Shown: piece by piece, positions 1-10,346 of the stretch | Layout: every line of letters starts with the position of its first letter | Numbering within the stretch: position 1 is the first letter of the stretch | Origin: Delftia acidovorans NBRC 14950 | Lineage (GTDB): Bacteria > Pseudomonadota > Gammaproteobacteria > Burkholderiales > Burkholderiaceae_C | Reading direction: 5' to 3' | Assembly: GCF_001598795.1 (NCBI RefSeq) | Contig: NZ_BCZP01000011.1 | Span: 60,001 to 92,000 of the forward strand | DNA length: 32,000 nt | Program-made: the position numbers and the translations under genes | The notes under the pieces: model-generated | Database searches by the model: none | Told to the model about the DNA's origin: nothing | The model's input: the letters and a program-made list of their open reading frames with translations, nothing else

Positions 1-19
1 TCTCCTTGTCATGCGGGCT

Positions 20-1510
<1,491 letters not shown>

Positions 1511-3004
1511 CTATGCCTTGCTCAGCGCGGGAGCGCCCTTGGTCACCTGGCCTGCCATGCCGATGCGGTAGACCACGCCGGCAATGAACAGGCCGATGAA
1601 CCATGCGTAGTCATAGGCATGCTTGAAGAAATCACCCACGTTCGGGAATGCAGCGGGGAACGCCGCGTGCAGGAAGCCGGGCAGGTTGGGCGCCACGCCC
1701 AGGGCGAAGGCCGCCACGGCCACCCAGTTCCAGCCGTTGGAGTAGCGGTAGACGCCCTCTTCCCTGTACAGGTCTTCCACCACCAGCTGCTTTTTGCGCA
1801 CCAGAAAGTAGTCCACCATCAGAATGCCCGCGATCGGCCCCAGCAGGGCCGAGTAGCCGATCAGCCAGGTGAAGATGTAGCCCTCGGTCGATTCCAGGAT
1901 CTTCCAGGGCATCATCACGATGGCAATGGCCACCGTCATGTAGCCACCCACGCGGTAGCTGATCTTCTTGGGCGCCAGGGCGGAGAAGTCATAGGCCGGC
2001 CCGACCAGGTTGGCCGCCAGGTTCACGCTCACGGTGTCGATCAGCAGCACGATCAGCGCGATCAGCACGGCCGCCCCCGTCATGCGGCTGGCGACATCCA
2101 CGGGGTCCCACAGGGCCTTGCCGTAGATCACCACGGTGCCCGACGTCACCACCACCGCCAGCATGGCCAGTAGCCCCATGGGCACCGGCAGGCCGATGGC
2201 CTGGCCCACGACCTGGTCCTTCTGCGACTTGGCAAAACGCGTGAAGTCCGGAATGTTCAAGGCCAGCGTGGCCCAGAAGCCCACCATGGCCGTCAGCGAC
2301 GGCCAGAACACCGACATGAACTGGCCCGCCTTGGGGCCGCCCGGCGCGTACTGCGAAGGCTGCTCCATGATGGGGCCGAAGCCGCCGGCCTTCTGGTAGA
2401 CCCATCCCAGCAGCACGAAGCAGATCAGAATCTTGAGCGGCGCAGTCCAGGTCTCCAGCTTGCGGATGGACTCGATGCCATGCACCACAAAGTAGAACTG
2501 GATCGCCCAGAACACCAGAAAGCACACCAGCTGCCCCACATTGATGCCCAGGCCCGCGATCTTCTCGCCTTCCAGCGGATGGCCCAGCAGCACGCCCAGC
2601 AGGGTGTAGATCATCATGCCGCCGAACCAGGTCTGGATGCCGTACCAGCCACAGGCCACCAGGGCCCGCAGCAAGGCCGGCAGCTTGGCGCCATGGGTGC
2701 CGAACGAGGCACGGGCCAGCACGGCAAAGGGAATGCCGTACCTGGCCCCGGCATGGCCGATGAGCAGCATGGGAATCAGCACGATGAGATTGCCCAGGAA
2801 CACCGTCATCACCGCCTGCGACCACGACATGCCGTTCGTGATCATGCTGGCGGCCAGCGTGTAGGCCGGGATGCACATCACCATGCCTATCCACAGGGCG
2901 GCGAAGTGGTACCAGGTCCAGGTTCGCTGCCTGGGCAGCGTGGGTGCGAGGTCGTGGTTCCACAGGCTGCCTGTGGACTCACCGGAATGCGGGGCATGCG
3001 ACAT
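1511..3004 (-). CDS. NCS1-family nucleobase/hydantoin:cation symporter
   Basis: 497-aa polytopic membrane ORF. The N-terminal WNHDLAPT...QRTWTWYHFAALWIGM is the typical NCS1 (allantoin/uracil/cytosine/hydantoin permease) signature. GAAGGAG SD precedes the ATG at 3004. It is embedded between preA and the hydantoinase. Confidence 0.85.
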   Translation of the reverse strand: MSHAPHSGESTGSLWNHDLAPTLPRQRTWTWYHFAALWIGMVMCIPAYTLAASMITNGMSWSQAVMTVFLGNLIVLIPMLLIGHAGARYGIPFAVLARASFGTHGAKLPALLRALVACGWYGIQTWFGGMMIYTLLGVLLGHPLEGEKIAGLGINVGQLVCFLVFWAIQFYFVVHGIESIRKLETWTAPLKILICFVLLGWVYQKAGGFGPIMEQPSQYAPGGPKAGQFMSVFWPSLTAMVGFWATLALNIPDFTRFAKSQKDQVVGQAIGLPVPMGLLAMLAVVVTSGTVVIYGKALWDPVDVASRMTGAAVLIALIVLLIDTVSVNLAANLVGPAYDFSALAPKKISYRVGGYMTVAIAIVMMPWKILESTEGYIFTWLIGYSALLGPIAGILMVDYFLVRKKQLVVEDLYREEGVYRYSNGWNWVAVAAFALGVAPNLPGFLHAAFPAAFPNVGDFFKHAYDYAWFIGLFIAGVVYRIGMAGQVTKGAPALSKA

Positions 3005-3136
3005 TGCGAAGCTCCTTCTCGAAGAGAGAAATCACCAATCCATTGCTGATCCAGGGTCTGACCTTTTCCATCAAGCGCATTTCGTGCCAGGTCGGCCCGG
3101 ATGCGGGCCGTGCGCCGACCTGCCGCAATGCCCCCT

Positions 3137-4456
3137 CTAGCCCTGCGCCGTCACGGCCTGGCGCATGGGGTTGTTCGGATGCGTGGTCCAGTTCGCATAC
3201 TCCCCGGTGACCGTCTGGCCGGTGCGGGGGTCCACCTCGCCCGGCTGCAGGCTGCGCATGGTGATGCATTCGGGCACGGGGCAGATGGACACGCACAGGT
3301 TGCAGCCCACGCATTCGGTGTCATCCACCTCGAACCGGCGCACACCGCCCTCCTTGCTGAAGGTGATGGCCTGGTGGGAGGTGTCCTCGCAGGCCACGTG
3401 GCAGCGCCCGCACTGGATGCAGCTGTCCTGGTTGATGACGGCCTTGTCGATGTGGTTGAGGTTGAGGTCCTTCCAGTCCCTGACCGTGGGCACGGCCCGG
3501 CCCTGGAAGTCCTCGATGCGCGCAAAGCCGTGCGCGTCCATGTAGTTGGACAGCCCGTCGCACATGTCCTGCACGATGCGAAAGCCGTAGACCATAGCCG
3601 CCGTGCATACCTGGACATTGCCGCATCCCAGCGCAATGTATTCGGCCGCGTCCTTCCAGGTGGTGATGCCCCCGATCCCCGAGATGGGCAGGCCCGCAGT
3701 CTGCGGATCGCGCGCGATCTCGGCCACCATGTTCTGGGCGATGGGCTTGACGGCCGGGCCGCAGTAGCCGCCGTGCGAGCCCTGGCCGTCGGTGCTGGGG
3801 TGCATGACCAGGGTGTCCAGATTCACGCCCATCAGCGAGTTGATGGTGTTGATCAGGGACACCGCATCCGCGCCGCCGGCCTTGGCCGCACGCGCGGGAA
3901 AGCGCACGTCGGTGATGTTGGGCGTCAGCTTCACGATCACGGGCAGCCGGCTGTACTGCTTGCACCACTGCGTGACCATCTGGATGTACTCGGGCACCTG
4001 GCCCACGGCCGCGCCCATGCCGCGCTCGCTCATGCCGTGCGGGCAGCCGAAGTTCAGCTCCAGCCCGTCGGCGCCGGTGTCCTCCACCATGGGCAGGATG
4101 CGTTTCCAGCTTTCCTCCACGCAGGGCACCATCAGCGAGGCGATCAGCGCGCGGTCAGGCCAGGCCTTTTTCACGCGGGTCATCTCCTCCAGGTTGGTGC
4201 GCAGCGGCCGGTCGGTGATCAGCTCGATGTTGTTCAGGCCCATCACGCGCCGGTCCTGCGCCATGAGGGTGGAGTAGCGCGGCCCGTTCACGTTGACCAC
4301 ATGCGGGTCCTCGCCCAGCGTCTTCCACACCACGCCGCCCCAGCCGGCCTCGAATGCGCGGGTGACGTTGATCTCCTTGTCCGTGGGCGGTGCCGAGGCC
4401 AGCCAGAACGGATTGGGGCTGGAAATGCCCAGAAAGCGGCTGCTGATGTCTGCCAT
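3137..4456 (-). CDS. preA: NAD-dependent dihydropyrimidine dehydrogenase subunit PreA (DHOD-like TIM barrel plus 2x[4Fe-4S])
   Basis: 439 aa with a class-1 dihydroorotate-dehydrogenase-like body. The C-terminus has two ferredoxin Cys motifs (CIQCGRCHVAC and CVGCNLCVSIC). AAGGAG SD precedes the start. Confidence 0.9.
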   Translation of the reverse strand: MADISSRFLGISSPNPFWLASAPPTDKEINVTRAFEAGWGGVVWKTLGEDPHVVNVNGPRYSTLMAQDRRVMGLNNIELITDRPLRTNLEEMTRVKKAWPDRALIASLMVPCVEESWKRILPMVEDTGADGLELNFGCPHGMSERGMGAAVGQVPEYIQMVTQWCKQYSRLPVIVKLTPNITDVRFPARAAKAGGADAVSLINTINSLMGVNLDTLVMHPSTDGQGSHGGYCGPAVKPIAQNMVAEIARDPQTAGLPISGIGGITTWKDAAEYIALGCGNVQVCTAAMVYGFRIVQDMCDGLSNYMDAHGFARIEDFQGRAVPTVRDWKDLNLNHIDKAVINQDSCIQCGRCHVACEDTSHQAITFSKEGGVRRFEVDDTECVGCNLCVSICPVPECITMRSLQPGEVDPRTGQTVTGEYANWTTHPNNPMRQAVTAQG

Positions 4457-4490
4457 GTCGATGCTCCTTGAAAAGCGCGGGCACAGCCGC

Positions 4491-5858
4491 TCAAACCCCG
4501 GCCGCCACGGCGCTGGTCAGCGCCTGGTGCATGGCTCGCGCGGCGACCTTGCCGTGCTCCACCGCCTGCACGGTCAGGTCCTGGCCACCGGCGCGGCAGT
4601 CGCCGCCGGCCCAAACGCGCGGCACGCTGGTGCGGCCTTCGTCGTCGGTGTCGATGCGGCCGTCACGCAGGGCAATGGCCGCGCCCGCCGGCGTGGCCAC
4701 ATAGGTCTGGCCAATGGCCTTGAGCACCATGTCGGCCGGCACGTCGAACACCTCCTGCGTCACCTGCAGCCTGTCTCCCTCCATGCGGGTGCTGGCCATG
4801 CGCACGCCGCAGACCTTGCCGTCCTGCACCAGGATCTCCTGGGGCGCGGCCCACAGCCGCAGGTTGACGCCATGGGTCTGCGCCCATTCCTGCTCCACCC
4901 AGGAGGCGGACAGCGCATCCTTGCCCCGGCGGTAGAACATGGTGACCTCGTCGGCGCCCAGCAGCCTGGCCTGCACGGATGCATCCACCGCCGTCATGCC
5001 GCCGCCGATCACCACCACGCGCCGGCCCACCGGCACCGTGGATTTGTCGGCCGCCTGGCGGATGTCGGCAATGAAGTCCACCGCATTGCGCAAGCCTTCG
5101 GCCTGCGGCTCGGCCGCGCCCAGCGCGTTGACGCCCGCCAGACCCAGGCCGAGGAACACGGCGTCATGCTCTGACAGCAGCGAATCCAGCGTGAAATCTC
5201 GCCCCAGCCGCTGGTTGTTGCGCGGCGTGATCCCGCCCACGGACAGCAGCCAGTCGATTTCCTTCTGCGCAAAATCGCCCGGGGTCTTGTAGCTGGCCAG
5301 GCCGTATTCATTGAGCCCGCCCAGCTTGGGCCGGGCATCGAACAGCACCACGTCGTGGCCCTGCAGCGCCAGCTGATGGGCGCAGGTCAGGCCGGCAGGC
5401 CCTGCCCCGACCACGGCCACCTTCCTGCCCGTGGCGGCGGCACGCTGGAACAGCGGTGCACCATCGGAGGCCATGAAGGCATCGGTCGCATAGCGTTGCA
5501 GTGCACCAATTTCGACCGGCTTGTCTTCCTGGGTGTTGCGCACGCAGGCCTGCTCGCACAGCTGCTCCGTGGGGCAGACACGGGAGCACATGCCGCCCAG
5601 CGGGTTGGCCGTCAGGATCTCGCGCGCTGCGCCACGGACGTTGTCCTGGGCGATGCGGGCGATGAAGGCCGGCACATCGATGCTGGTGGGGCAGGCCGTG
5701 GTGCACGGCGCGTCATAGCAGTAGTAGCAGCGCTCGGCCTCGATCAAGGCCTGGGAACGGTTCAGCGCGGGATGGGCGTCAGAGAAATTGGCCGCGTAGT
5801 CGGCCAGGTTCAGTCGGCCGGCGGCAATGCCGCAGGCGCGTTGCGCGGGGCTATCCAT
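4491..5858 (-). CDS. preT: NAD-dependent dihydropyrimidine dehydrogenase subunit PreT (glutamate-synthase small-subunit-like)
   Basis: N-terminal Fe-S Cys clusters (CYYCYDAPCTTACP, CSRVCPTEQLCEQAC) and two Rossmann GxGxxG motifs (VAVVGAGPAGL, VVVIGGGMTAVD). I place the start at the ATG at 5858 (MDSPAQ...) because GGAGGA sits 7 nt upstream. The track ORF extends to 5936. Confidence 0.85.
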   Translation of the reverse strand: MDSPAQRACGIAAGRLNLADYAANFSDAHPALNRSQALIEAERCYYCYDAPCTTACPTSIDVPAFIARIAQDNVRGAAREILTANPLGGMCSRVCPTEQLCEQACVRNTQEDKPVEIGALQRYATDAFMASDGAPLFQRAAATGRKVAVVGAGPAGLTCAHQLALQGHDVVLFDARPKLGGLNEYGLASYKTPGDFAQKEIDWLLSVGGITPRNNQRLGRDFTLDSLLSEHDAVFLGLGLAGVNALGAAEPQAEGLRNAVDFIADIRQAADKSTVPVGRRVVVIGGGMTAVDASVQARLLGADEVTMFYRRGKDALSASWVEQEWAQTHGVNLRLWAAPQEILVQDGKVCGVRMASTRMEGDRLQVTQEVFDVPADMVLKAIGQTYVATPAGAAIALRDGRIDTDDEGRTSVPRVWAGGDCRAGGQDLTVQAVEHGKVAARAMHQALTSAVAAGV

Positions 5859-6083
5859 GGTGCATCCTCCAGAGTCAGGATTGAGGGCGTGAAAGGGGCC
5901 GCGGCATGCAGGTGCACGCCGGGCCATCTCGGACAACGCAAGGCGGGCCGCAGGAAGGACTCCTGAACGGCCCCGGATCCAACAACACAGTCTTCGGAGG
6001 TTTCATCGTGGTCCTCGCATGTGTAAGTGACGCCTCTTGTCGGGCGCACTGGGGGTGGAACGGAATTTACGCGGGTGAAAAAA

Positions 6084-6099
6084 TTTACCAATCAGTAAA
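6084..6099. promoter_or_regulatory. Candidate RutR-type operator (TTTACCAATCAGTAAA) in the preT/rutR divergent region
   Basis: Imperfect 16-bp palindrome. Its left half TTTACCA differs by one base from the E. coli RutR half-site TTGACCA (consensus TTGACCAnnTGGTCAA). It is nested between GGGTGA (6073-6078) and TCACCC (6101-6106). Confidence 0.4.
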
Positions 6100-6182
6100 A
6101 TCACCCAGAAAGTCGTCAGCAAGAAAGATGCCAGACAATCGCACCAAAATGGCGCCACTTATCCCGACTTACCATCTGCGCA

Positions 6183-6863
6183 ATGGCAACCCTTTCTGAC
6201 AATGCGCCCCCGTCCCTGGCGCGATCGGCCACGCGCAAACCCACGGCTGCACGCCTGCGCAAGGAACTGAACATCCTGCAGACGGCCGAGCTTCACTTTG
6301 CGCAATACGGCTTCGAAGGCGCATCGCTGGAACTGATCGCGCACGACGCCGGCCTGAGCCGCCACAACCTGCTGTACTACTTCGCCAGCAAGGAGGAGCT
6401 GTACCTGCGCGTGCTGGGCGACGTGCTAACGCAGTGGCTGGCCGGCATGTCCGACCTGCTGCGCGGCGACGACCCTGCGGAGGCCCTGCGCATCTACATC
6501 CGGGCCAAGCTGCAGTCCTCGCGCGAACGGCCCCATGGCTCCCGTGTCTTCACGCGTGAGGTGATGGCCGGCGCGCCCCGCTTCGGGCAGGCCATAGCGA
6601 GCCAGGTAGGCCCGGCGCTGGCGGCAGACGTGCAGGCCTTCGAGCGCTGGGTGGCGCAGGGCAAGATTGCCCGCGTGGATTTCACCCACCTGATGTTCAT
6701 CCTCTGGTCCGTGACCCAGGCCTATGCCGATCAGCAGGCCCAGTTCGCGCTGCTGCTGGGCCGGCCGGAACTGACCGCCGGCGACTACGACACGGCGGCC
6801 GATCTGATCTACCGGCTGGTAATCCGTGGCCTGCAGCCGGATACCGCGGCTCTCGCACAATGA
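6183..6863 (+). CDS. rutR: TetR-family regulator, RutR-like (pyrimidine utilisation regulator)
   Basis: 226 aa with a TetR HTH ([43 protein letters not shown]). The C-terminal domain is collinear with E. coli RutR as I remember it (..[14 protein letters not shown]..). It is divergent from the pre operon. Confidence 0.75.
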   Translation: MATLSDNAPPSLARSATRKPTAARLRKELNILQTAELHFAQYGFEGASLELIAHDAGLSRHNLLYYFASKEELYLRVLGDVLTQWLAGMSDLLRGDDPAEALRIYIRAKLQSSRERPHGSRVFTREVMAGAPRFGQAIASQVGPALAADVQAFERWVAQGKIARVDFTHLMFILWSVTQAYADQQAQFALLLGRPELTAGDYDTAADLIYRLVIRGLQPDTAALAQ

Positions 6864-6867
6864 GCGC

Positions 6868-7398
6868 ATGAATCACAGCATCCGCCTGAGACCCCTGGAG
6901 CGCGAAGATCTGCGCTCCGTGCATCTGCTCAACAACAATGCCGCCATCATGCGCTACTGGTTCGAGGAGCCCTACGAGACCTTCGACGAGCTCTCCGCGC
7001 TCTACGACGCCCACGTGCACGACCAGACCGAGCGCCGCTTCATCGTCGAGCACCAGGGCGATCGCGCCGGTCTCGTCGAGCTGGTGGAGATCGACCTGAT
7101 CCACCGGCGCGCCGAATTCCAGATCATCATCGCCCCCGAGCAGCAAGGCCAGGGCATCGCAGCCCAGGCAACGCGGCTGGCGCTGGACTATGGCTTCAAG
7201 ACGCTCAACCTGCACAAGATCTTTCTCCATGTGGACCAGGAGAACGAGAAGGCCATCCACATCTACGCACGCATAGGCTTCGTGCAGGAAGGCGTGCTGA
7301 TCGACGAGTTCTTCGCCAACGGCCAGTACCGCAATGCCATCCGCATGTACCTGCTGCAAAACGACTACCTGCAGGCACAGGCCGGCATCGGCACCTGA
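6868..7398 (+). CDS. speG: Spermidine/spermine N-acetyltransferase (GNAT)
   Basis: 176 aa. [33 protein letters not shown]...[17 protein letters not shown]...[13 protein letters not shown]...[10 protein letters not shown] is near-collinear with E. coli SpeG. The start ATG at 6868 is 4 nt after the rutR stop. Confidence 0.85.
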   Translation: MNHSIRLRPLEREDLRSVHLLNNNAAIMRYWFEEPYETFDELSALYDAHVHDQTERRFIVEHQGDRAGLVELVEIDLIHRRAEFQIIIAPEQQGQGIAAQATRLALDYGFKTLNLHKIFLHVDQENEKAIHIYARIGFVQEGVLIDEFFANGQYRNAIRMYLLQNDYLQAQAGIGT

Positions 7399-7408
7399 GC
7401 GCAGACCT

Positions 7409-7822
7409 TCATCCTTTCGGCGACCTCTTCCTGGCTGCTGCCTCGTTGAGGGCGGCTGCCTCGCGCACCAAGTCCTTGAACGCTTGCGCATCGATCTCCT
7501 CGCCTTCGCGGATATCGATGGCACGGCGCACCTTGCCTCCAAGGCTGGCGTTGAACAGGTGCTGCGGGTCGGCCAGCGATGCGCCTTTGGGAAAGGTAAG
7601 CTTCACGGCCGATTGGTAGGCCTCGCCCGTGCACAGAATGCCGCTGCACGACCAGACCGGCACCGACCATTTCCACTCTTCCGCCGCGTCCGGAAGCGCT
7701 TGCACGATGAGCCGGCGCACATGCGCCAGCACCTCGCCGCGCCAGTCGCCCAGCTCGGCAATGCGCTGGTTGATCAATGCGCTGGCCGACGCGGCCGCCT
7801 CGGGCGAAACTGTCTTGATCAT
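7409..7822 (-). CDS. DUF1801 (YdhG-like) domain protein
   Basis: 137 aa starting MIKTVSPEAA. The block IAELGDWRGEVLAHVRRLI...EEWKWSVPVWS...KLTFPKGASL is typical of DUF1801. GGGAGA SD lies upstream of the ATG at 7822. Confidence 0.7.
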   Translation of the reverse strand: MIKTVSPEAAASASALINQRIAELGDWRGEVLAHVRRLIVQALPDAAEEWKWSVPVWSCSGILCTGEAYQSAVKLTFPKGASLADPQHLFNASLGGKVRRAIDIREGEEIDAQAFKDLVREAAALNEAAARKRSPKG

Positions 7823-7894
7823 CCATGTCTCCCAAAGTGATGCATGTTCGATCACAAGACAGGCCAAGGCAAGACCACAGGGAGAACGCACAAA

Positions 7895-7928
7895 CAAAAA
7901 AGCCTTCTGAGTGATCAGAAGGCTTTTT
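7895..7928 (-). terminator. Rho-independent terminator downstream of tRNA-Val
   Basis: AAAAAAGCCTTCTGA-gtga-TCAGAAGGCTTTTT. Perfect GC-containing stem flanked by an A-run and a T-run, so it can work in both orientations. Confidence 0.8.
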
Positions 7929-7952
7929 GCATTCCATCTGGCAATGGAAAAT

Positions 7953-8029
7953 TGGTAGGCGCGATTGGACTCGAACCAACGACCCCCACCATGTCAAGGT
8001 GGTGCTCTAACCAGCTGAGCTACGCGCCT
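7953..8029 (-). tRNA. tRNA-Val (anticodon GAC)
   Basis: The reverse complement AGGCGCGTAGCTCAGCTGGTTAGAGCACCACCTTGACATGGTGGGGGTCGTTGGTTCGAGTCCAATCGCGCCTACCA folds as a cloverleaf. Anticodon loop is TTGACAT, the T-loop is GGTTCGAGTCC, and the CCA is encoded. The internal part is almost identical to E. coli tRNA-Val(GAC). Confidence 0.95.
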
Positions 8030-8048
8030 GTGTTTGTTCGAGAAAGCG

Positions 8049-8057
8049 ATTCTAGCA
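8049..8057 (-). promoter_or_regulatory. Candidate extended -10 promoter (TGcTAGAAT) for tRNA-Val
   Basis: The minus strand reads ...GCCGTGCTAGAATCGCTTTCTCGAACAAACACA followed by the tRNA 5' end about 20 nt downstream. No good -35 at 17-nt spacing (TTGCCT is 20 nt away). Confidence 0.35.
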
Positions 8058-8096
8058 CGGCTTTTTCAGCCTCCAGGCAAAAATGCCTGAACATGC

Positions 8097-10346
8097 TCAA
8101 CGCCGCCGCGCCGAACGCACGCCCGCCACGGCGGCCACGATGCCCAGCACCTTGCTCAGGCGGCCCGAATCGGCCACCTCCACGGTGAAGGTCATCCAGG
8201 CCGTTCCCTTGACGGACTGGGTCTGCACGCCAATGACATTGGTCTTTTCGCGCGCAAAGACTTCCGAGATATCGCGCAGCAGGCCCTGCCGGTCGGCGGC
8301 CTCCACGGACACATCGACCGGGTAGACGGCCGAGGCCACGGTGGCCGCCTTGGGCTGGCCCCAGGCCACGTCGATCACGCGCTCGGAATTGCGCGCCGCC
8401 ATCTCGCGGAAGTTGGAGCAGTCGGAGCGGTGCACGCTCACGCCCTTGCCGCGCGTGACAAAGCCCCGGATGTCGTCCGGCGGCGCAGGCTTGCAGCACT
8501 TGGCCAGCTGGGTCATCAGCGAGTCAACGCCAACCACCAGCACGCCGCCCTTGGGCGAGTCCGTGCCGCGCGCCTTGCGCACGAGGGTGAATTCCTCGGG
8601 TTCCTCCTCCACCTCGGCCGGCCGCAGCACGGTCTCGATATTGCGCAGCGAGTACTCATCCTTGCCGACGACCTCGAACAGCGCATCTGCCGACTTGAAG
8701 CCCAGCTGCACCGCCAGCTCCTCCAGCTTGACGGCGGTCTTGCCCTCGCGCTGCAGCAGCTTCTCGACGGCCTCGCGGCCGCGCGCGACGGTCTCGTGCG
8801 TGGCCTGGGCATTGAACCAGGCGCGCACCTTGGCCTTGGCGCGGTTGCTGGTCAGGTAGCCGAGGTCGGCGTTGAGCCAGTCGCGCGAGGGGCGCCCCTC
8901 CTTGACCGTGGTGATTTCCACGGTCTGGCCGTTTTGCAGCGGCGTGTTCAGGGGCACCATGGCGCCGTCCACGCGCGCGCCACGGCAGCGGTGACCCAGG
9001 CTCGTGTGCACCGAGTAGGCAAAGTCCACCGGCGTTGCACCCTGCGGCAGCTCGATGACGGCCGCGTCGGGGGTGAGCACGTAGATGCGGTCCTCGAACA
9101 GGCCGCGATGGTGCGCGCCCGCCAGGTCGCTGCCCCAGGCCAGCAGCTGGCGCAGCACGGCGATCTTGGCGTCGTACTCGCTGCTGGCGGTGACGCCCGC
9201 GTATCCCTTGGTGCCCGCCTCCTTGTAGGCCCAGTGGGCGGCCACGCCGTGCTCGGCATGGTCGTGCATGGCCTGGGTGCGGATCTGGATCTCGATGGCA
9301 CGGCCCGTCTCGTCGCGCACCACGGTGTGCAGCGACTGGTAGCCGTTGGGCTTGGGCTTGGCGATGTAGTCGTCGAATTCCGCCTCGATGGGCGTGAACT
9401 GCTCATGCACCCAGGACAGGGTGGCGTAGCAGTCCTTGATCGTGGGCACGACGACACGCATGGCGCGGATGTCGAAGACCTGGTCGAAGTTCAGCGACTT
9501 GCCGCGCATCTTCTTGACGATGCTGTAGATGTGCTTGGGCCGGCCCTGCACCGTGGCGCTGATGCTGTGCGCACGCAGATCGGCCTCCAGCCGCGCCCGC
9601 ATCTGCTCCATGTAGGCCTCGCGCTCCACGCGCTTTTCATCGAGCAGGCGGGCCACTTCACGGTAGGTCTCGGGCTCCAGGAAGCGCAGGGACAGATCTT
9701 CCAGTTCCCACTTGATCTGCCAGATGCCCAGCCGGTTGGCCAGCGGCGCGAACACCGTCAGCGCCTCGCGCGCAATACCGGGAGAGACCGGGCGCTTGCT
9801 GGCCGCGTAGTAGCGCAGCGTCTGCAGGCGCGAGGCCAGCCGCAGCAGCACGACACGCAGATCGCGCGAGAAGCCCAGCAGCATCTTGCGCACGTTCTCG
9901 GTCTGCGTGGCCTCATCGTCCAGATACTGGCCGCCCAGCTCGGCGCCGCGCGCCTGCTGCTGCACGCGCATGAGCTTGTTGGTTTCCACGGCCAGGGTGG
10001 CGAAATTCTCGCCAAAGGCCTTGGCGATCACTTCCTGCGGACGATTCAGGTGCACGCTGGCATGCACCAGATAGATCGCCGCCTGCATCGTTTCGGAGCC
10101 ACCGATGGTCTTGAGGATGGCGGCCACCGCATCGGCATGGGCCATCGTGTTCTCGCCGGACTCCATGGTCTCGGTGGCGATCAGCGGCTCGGCAAAGGTG
10201 CGCGCGCGGGCCAGCGCGTTGACCTGTTCGGGCAGGGTCTGCGACGTGGCCGTGATCAGGTGCGGCAGCACCGCCGGCACCTGGCCAGGCGCGGCTGCGG
10301 CGGGCGAAGGCGCCTGCACGGCGGCCTCGCTGCTGGCGGTCTTCAT
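8097..10346 (-). CDS. relA: RelA-type (p)ppGpp synthetase (RelA/SpoT homologue with degenerate HD hydrolase domain)
   Basis: 749 aa. Synthetase core YQSLHTVVRDETGRAIEIQIRTQAMHDHAEHGVAAHWAYKE, TGS region IYVLTPDAAVIELPQGATPVDFAYSVHTSLG, and a C-terminal ACT-like end. The N-terminal pseudo-hydrolase region (HADAVAAILKTIGG...) lacks the catalytic HD dyad. Confidence 0.85.
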   Translation of the reverse strand: MKTASSEAAVQAPSPAAAAPGQVPAVLPHLITATSQTLPEQVNALARARTFAEPLIATETMESGENTMAHADAVAAILKTIGGSETMQAAIYLVHASVHLNRPQEVIAKAFGENFATLAVETNKLMRVQQQARGAELGGQYLDDEATQTENVRKMLLGFSRDLRVVLLRLASRLQTLRYYAASKRPVSPGIAREALTVFAPLANRLGIWQIKWELEDLSLRFLEPETYREVARLLDEKRVEREAYMEQMRARLEADLRAHSISATVQGRPKHIYSIVKKMRGKSLNFDQVFDIRAMRVVVPTIKDCYATLSWVHEQFTPIEAEFDDYIAKPKPNGYQSLHTVVRDETGRAIEIQIRTQAMHDHAEHGVAAHWAYKEAGTKGYAGVTASSEYDAKIAVLRQLLAWGSDLAGAHHRGLFEDRIYVLTPDAAVIELPQGATPVDFAYSVHTSLGHRCRGARVDGAMVPLNTPLQNGQTVEITTVKEGRPSRDWLNADLGYLTSNRAKAKVRAWFNAQATHETVARGREAVEKLLQREGKTAVKLEELAVQLGFKSADALFEVVGKDEYSLRNIETVLRPAEVEEEPEEFTLVRKARGTDSPKGGVLVVGVDSLMTQLAKCCKPAPPDDIRGFVTRGKGVSVHRSDCSNFREMAARNSERVIDVAWGQPKAATVASAVYPVDVSVEAADRQGLLRDISEVFAREKTNVIGVQTQSVKGTAWMTFTVEVADSGRLSKVLGIVAAVAGVRSARRR

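Noticed and set aside
5859-6182. Sigma-54 (-24 TGGCAC / -12 TTGC) promoter for the pre operon or the pilin operon.
   Set aside because: I found no GG-N10-GC element with the proper flanks on either strand of these intergenic regions by eye.
7409-8096. tRNA-Val as an integration site for a genomic island (DUF1801, speG and rutR to its 3' side).
   Set aside because: There is no integrase or recombinase and no direct repeat of the tRNA 3' end that I could find in the window. There is no compositional shift, and the flanking genes are ordinary housekeeping or metabolic genes.
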